This document shows, piece by piece, positions 27,681 through 41,269 of a stretch of DNA of 64,000 nt. Origin of the DNA: Marsupella aquatica (Eukaryota; Plantae; Marchantiophyta). A model generated the notes under the pieces. The model searched no databases and was not told the origin of the DNA. It was given only the letters and a program-made list of their open reading frames with translations. The number at the start of each line of letters is the position of its first letter. Positions within the stretch are counted from its first letter, which is position 1. The position numbers and the translations under genes are program-made. Location of the stretch: contig OZ316898.1 of the NCBI GenBank assembly GCA_973895155.1, forward strand, positions 8,109,079 to 8,173,078, in the 5' to 3' direction.

Positions 27681-30600
27681 TCGGGCATGGGGATTGTCAT
27701 ATATAATAACCATCAAGCCATGACAAATAATATATACTCTATTCTCTTACTGTTTCTGTACCTGTGTCGTTTACCGGTATCGCCCTTTCCACGCCAGAGT
27801 GCTGCAGAAAGACGGATACCGACCACCATTCACGACCGACACAACTGATTATGCTGCGCGTCTTCTCATCGAAGGGCAGGCCGCCTACATTGCATGGCCA
27901 CGGCAGTGAGTCGTGCAGGCTGAGTTCGATTTTTAGGTAATAGACCTCAAATCGAGATGGCATGGATTATCGATACAAACGGCTTGGGACTACTCACAGC
28001 ACGTTCCTTCCAGACAAAACTGGAGTCGGGTACTGTACTCAGCTGCAGGGGAGCGGTGTCCGTTGTTGTCAAGCTACGGGCTCTTCGTGTCTTGATTGCA
28101 AAAGACAAAAATAGGTCCACACATTCGAAAGCCCCAACAGTTGTCACCGCGTGCCTCAGATCATGATTGCACATTATCAATTCCTTGCAATTCCTGGCAG
28201 GTTAGATGCAAACAAAAAGACTGAGCAAGGGCCGAGAAATCAGAAGATCGGGGAGTCTCAGATATCTCGTGTCCCTCCTGTCCCTTGACTCCATTCGGAT
28301 GCATTTTTAGCCCGTTCTTTATTGTGTGGTTAAATTTTTCGCAGAAAACTTACTCACCTGGTTCACAAGTCAGAACACAAGCGATTTGGCCTCGCATAGT
28401 CTGTTGCATTCCTTTGCATGGCGAGATAGTAGGTGGAGGTGAGCATTCTAGTAAGCATTCTTCTAATCGAAAGGTGGACAACATCGCATGGATCGGTTGA
28501 ATTTAAGGTTAACTTCCTTGATTACTGCTCAGGAGCTCTGATCCGTACTACAGTACACTGTAGTTTTCAGCCAGGCAGAGAAATGAGAACAGGCGCGGGC
28601 TTTCCTGCGTTTTCTGTTCGAAGGTAGACAGTGTTGCTCAACTAATATAGTGACCGTTAATTAAAACAATCAGTGCTAGTAACTCCACCATTTCTGATTT
28701 CTCCCACACCTCTGACCTCCCTTTCAGAAATCCCTCGCCTTGATTGAGCTCCCTAATGATCAAATTCTTCTGAAAGGCAGGCATTCATCGGCTTGGTCGT
28801 GGCAGCCGATTGGACAATCTTGTCTGTTAGCAGCTCCTTCTCATCAATCATTCCTACTAACGAACCGTCAGCAGTCAGCACTCAAGATCTATCGCCATTC
28901 TCCTTGTCAGATAGCTCCCTCACCTTAATCGTTCATAATCCAAATGCCTCAATCTCGGCCGCAGAATGAACAAGCTTGTCGTTTAATCTCGCGCGTTTAA
29001 CACCTCTAATAGATTTCTCGAAATGAGAGAAAGGTAAAATCGGCGGGTTTCTGCATTATGGTTGTTCAATCTTCTCCTTCACCCGGGCCTTCACCTTCCT
29101 AGACGGGGCTCTCTCCACCTGATGATGCGTGTGTGTACCTGCGTACAACCAAAACCACAATAAAAAAACATTTCTCGTCCACTTTCCAGCAACATCTCGT
29201 CGTGTATCTCGCTGACCCATTCGCGTCGTCTCATCAGCACACTCTCCCTCACCAATCTCCACAACGAGCCATCATTTGTTCACAAGCTGGACACGAGACG
29301 AGACGAAGGGAAACGAACTCCACTCTAATCGACACAAACGTACCGGAGTTCGGTGCCCTAGGGACACATTCCTGCATGCGCCATGCGTATGAAACGACAA
29401 TAAGCCCGCCATAGCCGATGCACTGTAGTGATTCTGGCCGTTGTTTTTCTCGTTGTTGTGACGAAGGCTGCTCCATTGGAACTTGGATCGAGTTTTGGAT
29501 CTCCCTCAAACGGAAGGAACACGGGCCACATGGCTCTCGAGGCTAATAATCCGCCCTTATTTATTCTCTTTGTCTTATATAAGTTTTTTATACATAATTT
29601 ATGTGAACATGCTTTAGGCATGGTGTCAACATGCTTTCGACATGGTGTATCTCGGGTACATACATGGTCGATCTCTAGTATATTTGAATTTTTCTTCTGC
29701 CTTTTCCATTTTTTTATTTTATCCTTTGCCATAATATGTATAAGTCAAGATTAGGTGGGTCTAACAGATACACCTTTAAGGTCTGTCCAACTTCCAACTT
29801 CCTCAAAAAATAGAGAAAAGAAATCCTTTACTGTTTGAGTAGGGGGGTGGGGGAGGGGGGGGGGTTTGGGGCAGGCCTGATCATTTTTACATTGATGGTT
29901 GGGAGGTTTGAAAAATAATGCTTTGACAATACCAACAGTGTGTCCCAATGCAAGGACGGGAATGCAAGGACTGGAATACATATCCCTACCAAAACCTAAT
30001 AATACCCTTACACATGGAGACTGAACCAATTGTTCATACGTTTGTATTTTCTACCATCCTGCCCTAGGATTTCTATGCAATTCACGCAAAAGAATTGCTG
30101 ATCATCCCCACTGCTAGAGTCAACTTATTTAATCAATGAGCATACCCAAACTTCAATAATTAGTGGGGTAATTACCCTAAACTAAAGCTCAAGAAAAGCA
30201 GAAACTAATTAGCGGTTAAAGCTTAACTATAGGGAAACTTGCAGCCCCAAATTTATTTCCCTCTCCTTGCCCAAACCGACTTCCCACCCGTTTTATTTCT
30301 TTTGTTGCCCAATCCCATCTAACTTTTTTCTTTTAGTCAATCTATTCATCCAATTGGGTTGATGAGGGTCATCAGAAGGTTTTGGCACTGACATTAATTT
30401 TTCTTCAAATATGTACATCCCCAAACTAGGTACCAATATACAAATGTCAGCCAAACGGATTTGACATGACAAAATTAACGCTAAATACTCTTTTGATGCA
30501 TTTTAGGATATTGACATACCCAGTTTCACCATACATTGGTAATTATGGAACTCAAATGAGTGCTATCTAGTATGTTAAAGCCCAATTAGTACTATGGAAG

Positions 30601-33429
30601 TAAATAGGTTATGCTAGAGGCATATTAACCCTAACAGTTAAATGCATTGTCACATTGTCCTCCTTGTTAGCCAATGATCGATCAAATGTGTCAATCAGTT
30701 AGATTTAATTATGGCTAGAGTTAGTAGCTGATATTTTAAGTAAACAATTATTAAAAAATAATTGAATTCAATTTGAAAAATAATTGAAAAGATTGCAATA
30801 TTTAGGTTACTTTTATGTCCCACAATTTTGTTGTTAGGCATGTTAATTTTCATTTTGCTTACAATTTTACTATTGCAGGGTATGAAGCACGGTCTAACCT
30901 TTTTTGCTGGTGTCATGACAAACACAATAGGTGATGTTTGTTTTTTGCTGCCCCGGTTGTTGCGACCATCATTGTTCATGCTCGTTGCAAAAACCACTTC
31001 TGTGGTGCAACAACATGCCAGGCAAGAATTTTGGAAAGAGCTTGTCATGAGGGTCCCTAGAGAAAACAAAGTGCAAAACATGATACACATTCCAAAGAAC
31101 CAAATGCAGACACCCAAAAGGTAGAAGACCTATAAAGGGGTAAAAATTAGGGAAAAGCCCAGGAAGTCCAAACTGCCTAAGTGCTTGAGAGTCTCCAACA
31201 ATAGCAAAAGAACTGAACTAAGCTCTGCTGAGCAACAAATTGGCTCTAGAGCAAATTAACCTCACAGGATGTCATGAAGATACAGTTTGTAGAGAATCTC
31301 CATAGTTATCCTATGACACCTCCCCCACTTACCCACCTCTTACTAGTGTATTTCATTTGTCTGTATGGTATCACCATTGTACTACTACACTACACTTAAT
31401 TTTTGATTTTTTATGGGGAGGGGGGGGGGGCTTGAAAACCAAAAGCAGGCCCATCCAATAGAGGATAGACTTCCTGTTCTGTAGCATGCAATTCTATGTA
31501 CGTAGCCACAAGGGACAATACCCCAGGATCCGACAGGGACCCAGACCAGGCGAGGAGAGGCTTAAACCAGGGCCCCAAAGCAGGTAATTAGGGGCTGAGG
31601 AGATAACCACTGCACTCACCCCACACACACATATACTCTCCACACCCCTTGTGTGTGGAGGGGGGATTGAACGTGGGACCTCTCGGTGACCTTTTCTTTT
31701 TGGCAAGCTCATTGGGGACTATGGGCTATGAACCCCTAAACACCATGGGCTATCAGACAGCATTCAAGCATCTTGTTAAAGCTTGTTGTGTGTGGGAGCT
31801 CTAGGTTCCAAAATAAGTGCACTCCTCACCGCTATTGGTGTTAGCATATAATCACTGTGAGCTGGAAGTTATTGTTAATAACAATGAAGTGAGGATTTTC
31901 TACACTACTTCATGCATGGTAGGGCCAAGATCCACCATCTTCCATTGGGCAAAAACTATTGTTGAAAATGCATGAAAAAATTAGGTACCACATGAGCATA
32001 GCCAAAAGAATGCTTTGCGGGATACACTATTTTTGGGACTATTTCAGGTGAACAGTGCAGCTGATAAAAATAGAAAACCAGAAAATCTGCAAAGTATGCA
32101 AAGGGAGGTTGACATCCATGGAGAAATAGAAAGAACACACCATTGTCAGAGTGGCCAGTTGTGCCAAAATGGGTCGCCTCTTTGTACTTGTCAGAAATAG
32201 ATTTTATGGGTTGGAACCAGGATAGACCTAAGTGGGGTCAAAGTCCTAACATGAAGCCACAAACCCAAACCAATTGGGTGGGGGTGTACAACCCCAATAT
32301 AGGGTGATATGGAAAGGGCAAGGGCAGTAAGGATGCTTGGGAAACGCATGGAGATCTGAGTGAATTGCAACATGAGTGGCTTTCCCGCATTAGCTGCGTG
32401 GCAAGGACTATTGTCATTAATTCCTTCCCATTAAGTAACAACTACTATGTATAGTGTAAGCCAGGTCCCCTACCTCTTTTGGTTCCTGCAGCCAAAATCC
32501 AAGATTTGAAATAACGTAGGGAATATCCACTAGTCACGGGGAATGATTGACCATTGACAGCTACTGCATTACTGGCCCTGGAGTATTATACCCTGGGGCC
32601 TCACACTCGGGCAGCAACTACCAAAAATTGTAGTAAACACATGTCATCCAAAATAGGTAATTTGATGAAGCTTAGCTCATTTTTAGAATGTAGAAGGTTA
32701 AAATATGTATTACAAACTCAAATTTAATATTCTCCAGTGTATCCTAAACTATAATACAAGGTTGCACCTTTTTATGAAGTGTTCGTCATTCAAATTTGTA
32801 GTGTCCAAAAAACATTAATCATGTCAAAGAGAAGGAATAAAGGTTACATTAAATTTAGTGTACACCAAAAAAAATAAAATTGTATTTCAAACAAGAGGGG
32901 AATCAAATGGGAGACGCAAAAGGAGAGAGCCACACAAAACAAGAGAGGGAATGTACATGCATGAGTATCAAAGAGGTTCTTGACCCATATACATGAAATA
33001 TAAAAGTACATAATATATACAATGCTATGTATTATTGCAAATATTACAATATTGTAAAATATAATAATGATATTAATTTAATATAAATAGGTTAATTAAA
33101 CACAATGGGTTAGATGACAAGGACAATGTCAAAATCTATAATAAAATGTTACTTTTTTATAGTAGTCATTCAAATTTGCAATATCCCAAAAATGAAAAAC
33201 ATGAAAGAATGATTTCCTATGTGAATGAAAAAGGAGAGCAATGTTTCCAAGCAAAAAATGAATTTAATAATACAAAGAAAATAAGGAGTGTCTCTAGCAA
33301 TGCAAGAGTATCAAGGAGAACTCTCTTTACCATGTACCACTATAATCCTGTCTGTCCCTTTACAAACTAAAAAAAGTGACAATCAATCTTGAATGTTCAA
33401 TATATATTTTTCCAGTGTCAGATTTATCC

Positions 33430-34668
33430 ATACACCCCTTCTAAAAATAAGTTCTTGCCCAAGCTACCCTTTAACCTTCTCATATCTGCCACAATGAAAA
33501 AATTAATCAAATTTTAATTAAATTTATTCATATATAAATAATTCTAATTTATTTGAAATAATTTCAAATATTTTCTCATCTTGACATCTTCTCATATTAA
33601 TATCTTCTCACCTCAAGATCTTTGCTCATCTTGACATATTTTCCTCACCTTGACATATATATTATATTTGTCTTATTTTGCCATATTTTTTTCACCTGGC
33701 CATCTTTATCTCACCACAACATCTTTCTGCACCCTCAACATTTTTCCTCATATTGACATATTTTTCTCATCTCGTCATCTTTTCTCTCCTTGATATATTT
33801 TTCTCAACTTCCAAATGTTTTTCTCTAATATGACATCTTTTTCTCACCTTGCCATATTTTCTCTCCTCGACATATTTTTCTCATTTCAAAATGTTTTTCT
33901 CTTATCGACATCTTTTCTCACCTTGATACATTTTCTCACCTCAACATGCATCATTTGTGCAATGCACGGGTATCAGGCCCGAGATGTACTTAACAACATG
34001 TTTTACTTCACAACATCTTTGAGTAATGACATACTTTATCTATTGACCATTTTGTACTTAACAACATCTTTAGCGCGAGCTTTAGCGTAACCACATCATT
34101 GGCCACATGACATCTACTTGACACAATTTTTTACTTGATGACCTTTTGGGCAACATGCCATCTTTGGCAAAATGACTTCTTTTTCTTAACAACATCTTTT
34201 TACTCCATGACATCTTTCACATAAGAACATCATTCTTGGGAAACACAACATATAATTTTCTTAAGAGCATTTTGGGTGCCACATTACTTGCCTCTTAGTG
34301 ACATTTTGGGGGAGACGACATCTTGGGCGCCATAACATCTGTTTTCTTAACAATATCTTGGGCGCCACGATATCTTTATTTTAATGAAATTTTGGGTGAC
34401 ACAACATCTTTTTTCTTAACATTTTTTGTGCAATGCATGGGTATTTTTCCTCAACAATGTCTTGGCCAACATGACATCTTTTTTTCAACGACATCTTGGC
34501 CGACATGACAACTTTCTTTTCAACGACCTCTTGGCCAACACGACATCTTTTTTTCTCAACAAATTCTTTTCTCTCAACGACCTCTTGGCCGACATGACAA
34601 TCTTTTTTTTCTCAACGACATCTTGGCCGACACAACTTCTTTTGTGCAACGCACAGGTATTGAGCTAG
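33430..34668 (+). mobile_element. Non-autonomous Helitron-like element, copy 2, with three stacked 3' hairpins
   Basis: Terminal GTGCAACGCACAGGTATTGAGCTAG|T (34644-34668), i.e. a hairpin followed by CTAG, the classic plant Helitron 3' end. Internal copies are GTGCAATGCACGGG (33957) and GTGCAATGCATGGG (34428). The body is made of TTTTTCTCACCTTGACATC and CAACGACATCTTGGCCGAC minisatellites. The 5' boundary is approximate. Confidence 0.7.
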
Positions 34669-36101
34669 TACCTTTCATAAAGTAAAACATATCATAAAAG
34701 GAGAAATAGAGTAAAAAATTAAAAATGTTTTCTTTACAAAATAGGAGTATTTATGTTACGTGGTACGATCCCAAAATGTCCACCCACCATTGCCAAACAT
34801 TTTGGATGGCATATATCAATCCACTGTGAGACATCCATGCAATACATTTCGTGCTGGGTGGGGATCCTTACCAAGTGCAGACTGCCATCGAACTCCCTAC
34901 TTGCAGAAATTTACCAAGTTCTGAATGGGATCAGGATGTGGGAATCAACAGTCTTACCCAAAATTGGATCATGAGAGCTACTTGCATGGGTCATCACGAT
35001 CTAGCTGAGGTTGCCAAGGAAACCTCAGCTATGTCTAACCTTGAAGCGGGATTAAAAGGTCTCAGGTTCAATCCTTCCATTCACCTGGTAGGTTTGGCTA
35101 CTTTAGCATTGGGTTGTCAGAGGGGTGTGTTGTGTGAGTTGGATATTCAGGCTAGGGCAACACTCAATGAAGGGCCTTTCTCCAACCTTCATACATGTTC
35201 AGTGGCACTCTTGTTAAGAGCATTGATCCCCTGTCGACCGCCCTATATGTATTCCAGAACTGCTGTGTACAATGCATGTACGCTTTAGTGATCATCAAGG
35301 TTATTGATTTTATTGGCGTGAACTTATCCCAGAGTGACATATGCTAGCCGTAACTTCCATATAGTCCCCTACATTTTATAATATATCTGGTTGTTCTCAA
35401 AACAATTAATTTGGGGGCTGTGCTAGTTGAAGTTGACAACTCTCAGATGGACCACAATGCTTGACCAAGCAACTTTTGATACCCTTGGTTAGCATCGTAA
35501 ACAAAGTAAATGGACTGTCAATACAAAAGTAATGAGTTTAGGATGGTCCATCCGGTTCCTATGTCCAAACCTATAGGTCTATCTGGGCTTCTGTTTCATG
35601 TTTGTTCACACTTGGTTGTGAAAATATTGGAAAGTGAGCCCCTCAAGGAATATACACAACGTCAGAGTCAACATTATGATCAATTATTTGTAACTTTTCT
35701 TGTGATGAAGTGGATTTTGATTCTCCATACAGAGGACCAAGAGAACCAGTCCCAAATGCGGTATAATGTCAAATAAAAAACGAGGTGAGTGGGGGCCGTA
35801 GTAGATTGAAAAAGCAAACTTAAGCAATCCCTAACTATGGGCTTTCTGAAATTTTATGAGAAGGGTACTGATGTTATCCACATTGGAGTTTGTAGTTTTT
35901 TGAGTCAGTTTGACGTTATATGTACTCATTTTTCCCAGTTAAATTGTCCACTTAGTGTTAGTCATAATAATTGTGTAGCCTTTAAATTTATCCATCTCAC
36001 ATATAATCATGAGTCACATTAATTTTGATGTCACTCTTATTGCACTTCAATTGACATGCTCACTAATTGACATGCTCACATCACATTACTTGAGTGCTCA
36101 A

Positions 36102-36412
36102 AGCCCGGTTTGACCTTGCCTGTCATATTGGCCGATTTTCCCCGTCAAACCACCAACACGTCAACCCGGTCGCCCGGTCTCCCGGAGTCGGGGTCAGGGT
36201 CGGTCCTGGTGTGAGGGTTGGCCCGGACCGGGTTTGGGCTGGGTGTTTAGGGAGTTCGGGAGGTTGGGTCCGGGCTCGGTTAGGGTGGAGTCCGGGGGAA
36301 TCTGGGGGAATTTCAGGGAATATTCGTCAAACTTCCCATTTTTGGGGCCGTCATTTGATAGTTTTACGTGCCCGGCAAGCCTTCAACTTGCCCGTCAGGT
36401 TAAATCCGGGCT
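36102..36412. mobile_element. MITE with 3-bp TSD (PIF/Harbinger-like)
   Basis: Left end AGCCCGGTTTGACCT and right end AGGTTAAATCCGGGCT form an imperfect inverted pair. CAA flanks both sides (36099-36101 and 36413-36415). The interior is GC-rich and non-coding within AT-rich DNA. Confidence 0.75.
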
Positions 36413-38354
36413 CAAATATTAAGCTTCACTAAATTTAGAGACAATGTCCTTCAACCCAACAGCTTCATTAAAGCTCAATGAGTCCATTTGCAGAAGCGAG
36501 CAATGACTTGACGAACTGACTTAACTCAACTACTTTTGTTCCAATTACTGTCAAGGCTGTTGAGTGCAGTTGGATGTTGAGCCCAGAGAGAATCACTGCA
36601 CACAGCAGATGAGCAGAAGGTATAAGATTGAGAAAAAGTGGCATTCATTAGCACTGTAACCGTGAGGACAACCTTCTTTGGAAGCACGAGGATGGGAAAT
36701 TAGTATATCAGGGCTTTGCTAGGCTGTGTACTGAGTTGCTGTAGATCTTACCCTCCAAGGGACAGCATTAAGGAATGTGGACCAAGTCTCCAAGGGAAAC
36801 TTTCAATATACAAAGTAGATATTGTTGTTGAATAAGGAGTGCTCTCACGGTCAACCATCTTGAACATTGCAATCATGCTCATATGTGGTATCTTGTCTAC
36901 TACTGTAGATAGTTGTTTTCAGAGCTTTCAGAAGCCCCTAAGTAGTGTGACTTTTAACATACCTAACTAGTCTGATTTCTGCTAAATGAGTTAGACACAC
37001 ATTTAATTAGTGTGATGTACACTAACTTTGGTTGACAGTGACATAGTAAGTTTGTATATGCTTTAGTGCTTTTAATAGAAAAAAACCAGTTTACTACAAA
37101 CGGGCCAAACAAAGTACAATGGAGAAAACACAAAAGAGGTCAGAGAGTAAATATTTCAACCTCAAAAAGAAGAGGGCAAGATTATATAGGTTAAAGTGCT
37201 TGATCTTGTACATAGATATGGACATAGCACCCAAAACTTAAGTTGGTTCTAGGAAAATTAGATTCAAAGCTTATATAAATATGGCCCAGTTTATGATCAT
37301 TGCTTATGAAAATGACTCTAGAGGAAGGCCTAGATTAAGGCTTGGACTTGTTCAGTGCTGGGGCTCCCAATTGGCGAAGTAGATCCAGAAGCTCTGCTGC
37401 ATTGTGGGGCTCTTGACTTGGATCCCTATCTCAGCCCCTGATCTTGGATGGGGCCTTTGGGATAAGGGCACCTGACTTGTACAAAACTCTTGATCATAAC
37501 TTTTGAAACATCAAATAATAGGTACTCCCTCACTGGTACCACTTGCTCACTACCCATATCTCATGTTATTTTTATGGGTGCACAAGTGTTCACTATTTCT
37601 CTAGATAACTATTTCTCATACTTTATTTTGGGATTAACCTTGTAAGTTGGCCGTTTCATACCTTCTCAGAGGCTGTGGTCTCTGCTTCATTTTCAAGAAG
37701 TTTTTTGGCTCTCACTGGCAAAAATGGTACTAAATGTGTCTAGAATAAGATACGGGAGGCACGAGGGCATTCTGTGGGCCCCCTGGATGCATTCATTCTA
37801 TGTAATAGTGTGCTCGACAAAATCACTAGAGGTGATTCCTTGAGTTTGTGAAAACATTAGACACGATGCACATCTAGAATATCTCGATTTTGTTAGAGAA
37901 ATCGGTGACGTAGGATCCTAGTAGGCGAAAGATGCAAACAATCTATCGATATGATCTGCCAGCAAGCATTCAACTAGGCCACTCACCGACAGCATTGCTG
38001 TTGGATCCACATGGACTTCATAAGACGATGCAAACTACATGATAAATCTGCCAGCAAGCAACAAGTTATTCTTCTAGGTCAGACCATGCATTCTTCTGTT
38101 CAGTGAAGTTTTCAGTGGACGCATTGCTAATTCCAAACTAAATCTCACTAGCGAAAAACAGACTTGTTCCAATTCCCGTCCGTGACAGCAAAGTCAAACT
38201 AGTCTAACAAGCGAGCTCGATCATGCGAGGCGTGCTCTATCTGGAAATGGATCATTCTGCGTCTTTGCCCGTTGCTGGGGTAAGGTCGCTAGTCTAATCA
38301 AATGTGGTCGATCATTAGCCCCACAGAGAGGGCCAAAAGGAAGCTCGCCTCCCT

Positions 38355-38357
<3 letters not shown>

Positions 38358-38392
<35 letters not shown>
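38358..38392. repeat. (TA)n microsatellite, ~17 units
   Basis: Perfect alternating TA run. Confidence 0.97.
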
Positions 38393-38394
<2 letters not shown>

Positions 38395-39962
38395 GCATGA
38401 CCTTCTCTCGTTGGTCCAAGTTGTCTGGTCTGGTGTGGCGTGGCGCATGGCCTGCCCCGTGTGCCATCCATCCAGCAAGATTAATGCGAACAGAGCAGAC
38501 TTGAAGCAGCACGATCGGAAGATAGTTGCGGCTAGAATGGGATTTGTTCAGTAAAGACAAAAACCGTTTGCATGGTCAAGGGCATTAGTCTATCTATTGT
38601 CTATGTATCGATCTTGTCGGGAAGTGAAAGGTTCGTAGATGGCGATCGTCACTCATCATTCATCAATATGATTCTTGTAAAAGAAATTCTGACATTCATT
38701 AGGAGAATCAATCCCATGGGCCGGGACTAGAACTCTGCTGGGTGGCTGGCTTCCTCGCCTTTCTGGCTGTTGGCTGGCTAATTTTGACTGCAAGTGCCCC
38801 CCGAGCTACATGTGTGTAGCTGACTTATTATTAGTCACATCGAGCCCACCACAGAGCTGGACATATCCCACATTATGGACTCCTTTGAATTTTGTCTTCT
38901 TGAACTGGAATAGTGCTTTTTTGCAGGAAGGACAAGCTTAATTACTGCACCCGGGTTTACAAATATTTACCTCTCTTCCCCTTCAAATTTTGGATTCTGT
39001 TGAACGAGTATTTTAATTTTGGATTCTGTTGAACTTGTAATCAGCCTTCAGTTGAATGAATTCGACTTTGAATTTTAAAGTTTATTTTCAAATCATCGAG
39101 TACGATGGAGCGCATGTAATGCAGAGACGCCAAATACAATGCAGCGCACATAGCGCAGCGAGAACAGGGGAGGCGTTCATGCGCCGCGACATTGTCGCAG
39201 CGGCCACACAGAATGAATGGGTCTTTGCAGAACTAGCTCAGTCATTTTAACTTAGGTGTGTGCAATGGCGTTCCATGAGATACACTGGCCCCCAGTGTCT
39301 TGTACTCTTGTAAGAGAAGAGATCTCCAGTTCAAGGGGGTTTTGTAGGTACACTGGCCCCCACTGTCTTGCAAGAGATCTCCAACCCAAGGGGTTTTGTT
39401 ACAACTGGGTGTTGACCAAACACACTAAAGAAAATCTAAAAAGTAAGGTCCAACCCACTCACTCTAACCCTATCTGGATTTCAGGAACCTGGTTTTTGGT
39501 TAGTGTATTTGTGTATGAGAGCTTAGGGTGGCTTTACAAGAACTTGGGGGCAGCAATTCCTTTTTTTCTAAGGGAGAGGTCCAATCCTAGCCATTTATAT
39601 GTGGGAACTGGCCACATTTCACTTTACATGAACTTGGGGGCACAATCAAACAAAAGCATTATTGAACCTAGTCATCTGTCAATGGGCCCCTTCTTTTGCT
39701 GATGTGTGCAAACTTTTTTGTCAAAAACTTAGACCTCCTCTTGAGATGGTCTAAAAACTTAGAGCAAACTGTCGCTTATTTTCAGGGAATTGCATTGAAA
39801 CATTTTGGCTCAGGCATTTTAACTTTTGTGAAAAGAAATGGCCATCAACTTTGCTCTGGATGGAGAAAGACTGAACAGCCCCCACCGTTTTGTAAAGCCC
39901 CCCTTATATAATAGTCTCCTTATTGGGTTTGTTGCTGGGTTTCAAGATCTCAATATATGGCT

Positions 39963-40058
39963 GTCAGATGTTGATACCTGCTCTTTAGGGAAAATCACCC
40001 ATGAGGGTTGGTCAGATGTTGATACCTGCTCTTTAGGGAAAATTACCCATGAGGGTTG
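39963..40058. repeat. 48-bp tandem duplication
   Basis: gtcagatgttgatacctgctctttagggaaaatYacccatgagggttg x2, one mismatch. Confidence 0.93.
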
Positions 40059-41269
40059 GGGCTGCTTCTCAGTTGGCCCCTAAAGATACATACACTAAAC
40101 TAAATATAGAACATTGTCAGACTGGGTATTCAACGTACCCAATAATAATAATGTACCCAATAAGCAAAACCCCTTGGGTTAGAGATGCTCTAAAGCTCCC
40201 CTTAGAGTATCTCCAATGGTGTAGGCTATTTGCTCATTGTCTACATTAAATATAGCATAAAAGGTTATCTTATTTTAGGTTGGTGTATATAGCAAAGATG
40301 ATATGTCAAAAAGCAAGCCCAATGGTTACTGGGTTTTTTAGTATCTCCTACATATGGACCCTTGGATGCTAATCATTGGATCTTGGAGAACCCATGAATG
40401 AATCCTGAATTCAGTCAATGCGCTATAGAACAACTCATGTACAGATCCAATAACCAAAAAACCCAGTAAGGTCAGAAATGAATAGTGCTAGACTAACCCA
40501 TTGGGATTCCCTTTTTCGTTGAACCTTATTGGGTTTGGGAACCTTATTGGGTTTGGTCACCTTACTGGGTTTGGTCAACTTAGTGTTACAGTAGACCAAC
40601 CTAGTGACTTGTGGAGATGCTCTTAGTTTGCTATTCTGGGGATTCTCCTTGGTACTCTTATGTGTGTGTTTCGTTCTTTGATCCTCTTAGTTTTCCCTTT
40701 GTTTGCTTGTCTTTATGGACCCCACTAGAGGTCCCTTCCAAAATTCGAGACTCCACAGCATGCCATGTCATCATGACGCGCTCCAAACAGGTATAGATTG
40801 GTTTAAAAAATAAAATCACTTCATCATTCGTGTTTGTGGCAGGATTTTGGTAAAATTGAGGACACCATGCCGTAAACCTTGATGTAAAAATGTTTGAAAA
40901 ATAACCTTTTATTTACCCTAGGTAACAGACTGTTCAATTAGTAGGAGGTCCACCTTCCATGTTTTTTACTGAGTAACCGCTGCCCACCCGCATTCTGAAT
41001 TGTGTTTCAATTGAATAATAATTAAATCTCTCTCGGCAAGTTGATCTGATGACAAAGTCATCGTGACAATTTTCTCGACCTCCTGCTGCCACAAAGGAAG
41101 AAGTGGACATGATTCTATGTTGGATCACTCAGCACTCCTTTCCATGGCGTCATCATTGCACTTCCTACCTCAGTGATGCCTCTCGTTACTGTTAGATTGT
41201 CCAACGCATGAGGCACGAGCGAACGAAAGAGAAGCAAGCTTAGCAGGGTTTAGTAAGGGCCTCGTCTAC

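Noticed and set aside
28713-28783. Hairpin containing GAGCTCCCT, reminiscent of miR319/159 precursors
   Set aside because: The match is only 9 nt and lies in the loop, the stem is ~15 bp with a large asymmetric interior, and no conserved mature miRNA sequence was recognised.
31650-31692. Minus-strand GTTCAATCCC B-box-like motif suggesting a tRNA
   Set aside because: No cloverleaf or A-box could be built. At most this is a decayed SINE fragment.
35200-35450. Minus-strand AVLEYI*GG, reminiscent of a BTB-domain 'LEYIYTG' motif
   Set aside because: Multiple stops and no convincing flanking BTB motifs. This is too weak without a profile search.
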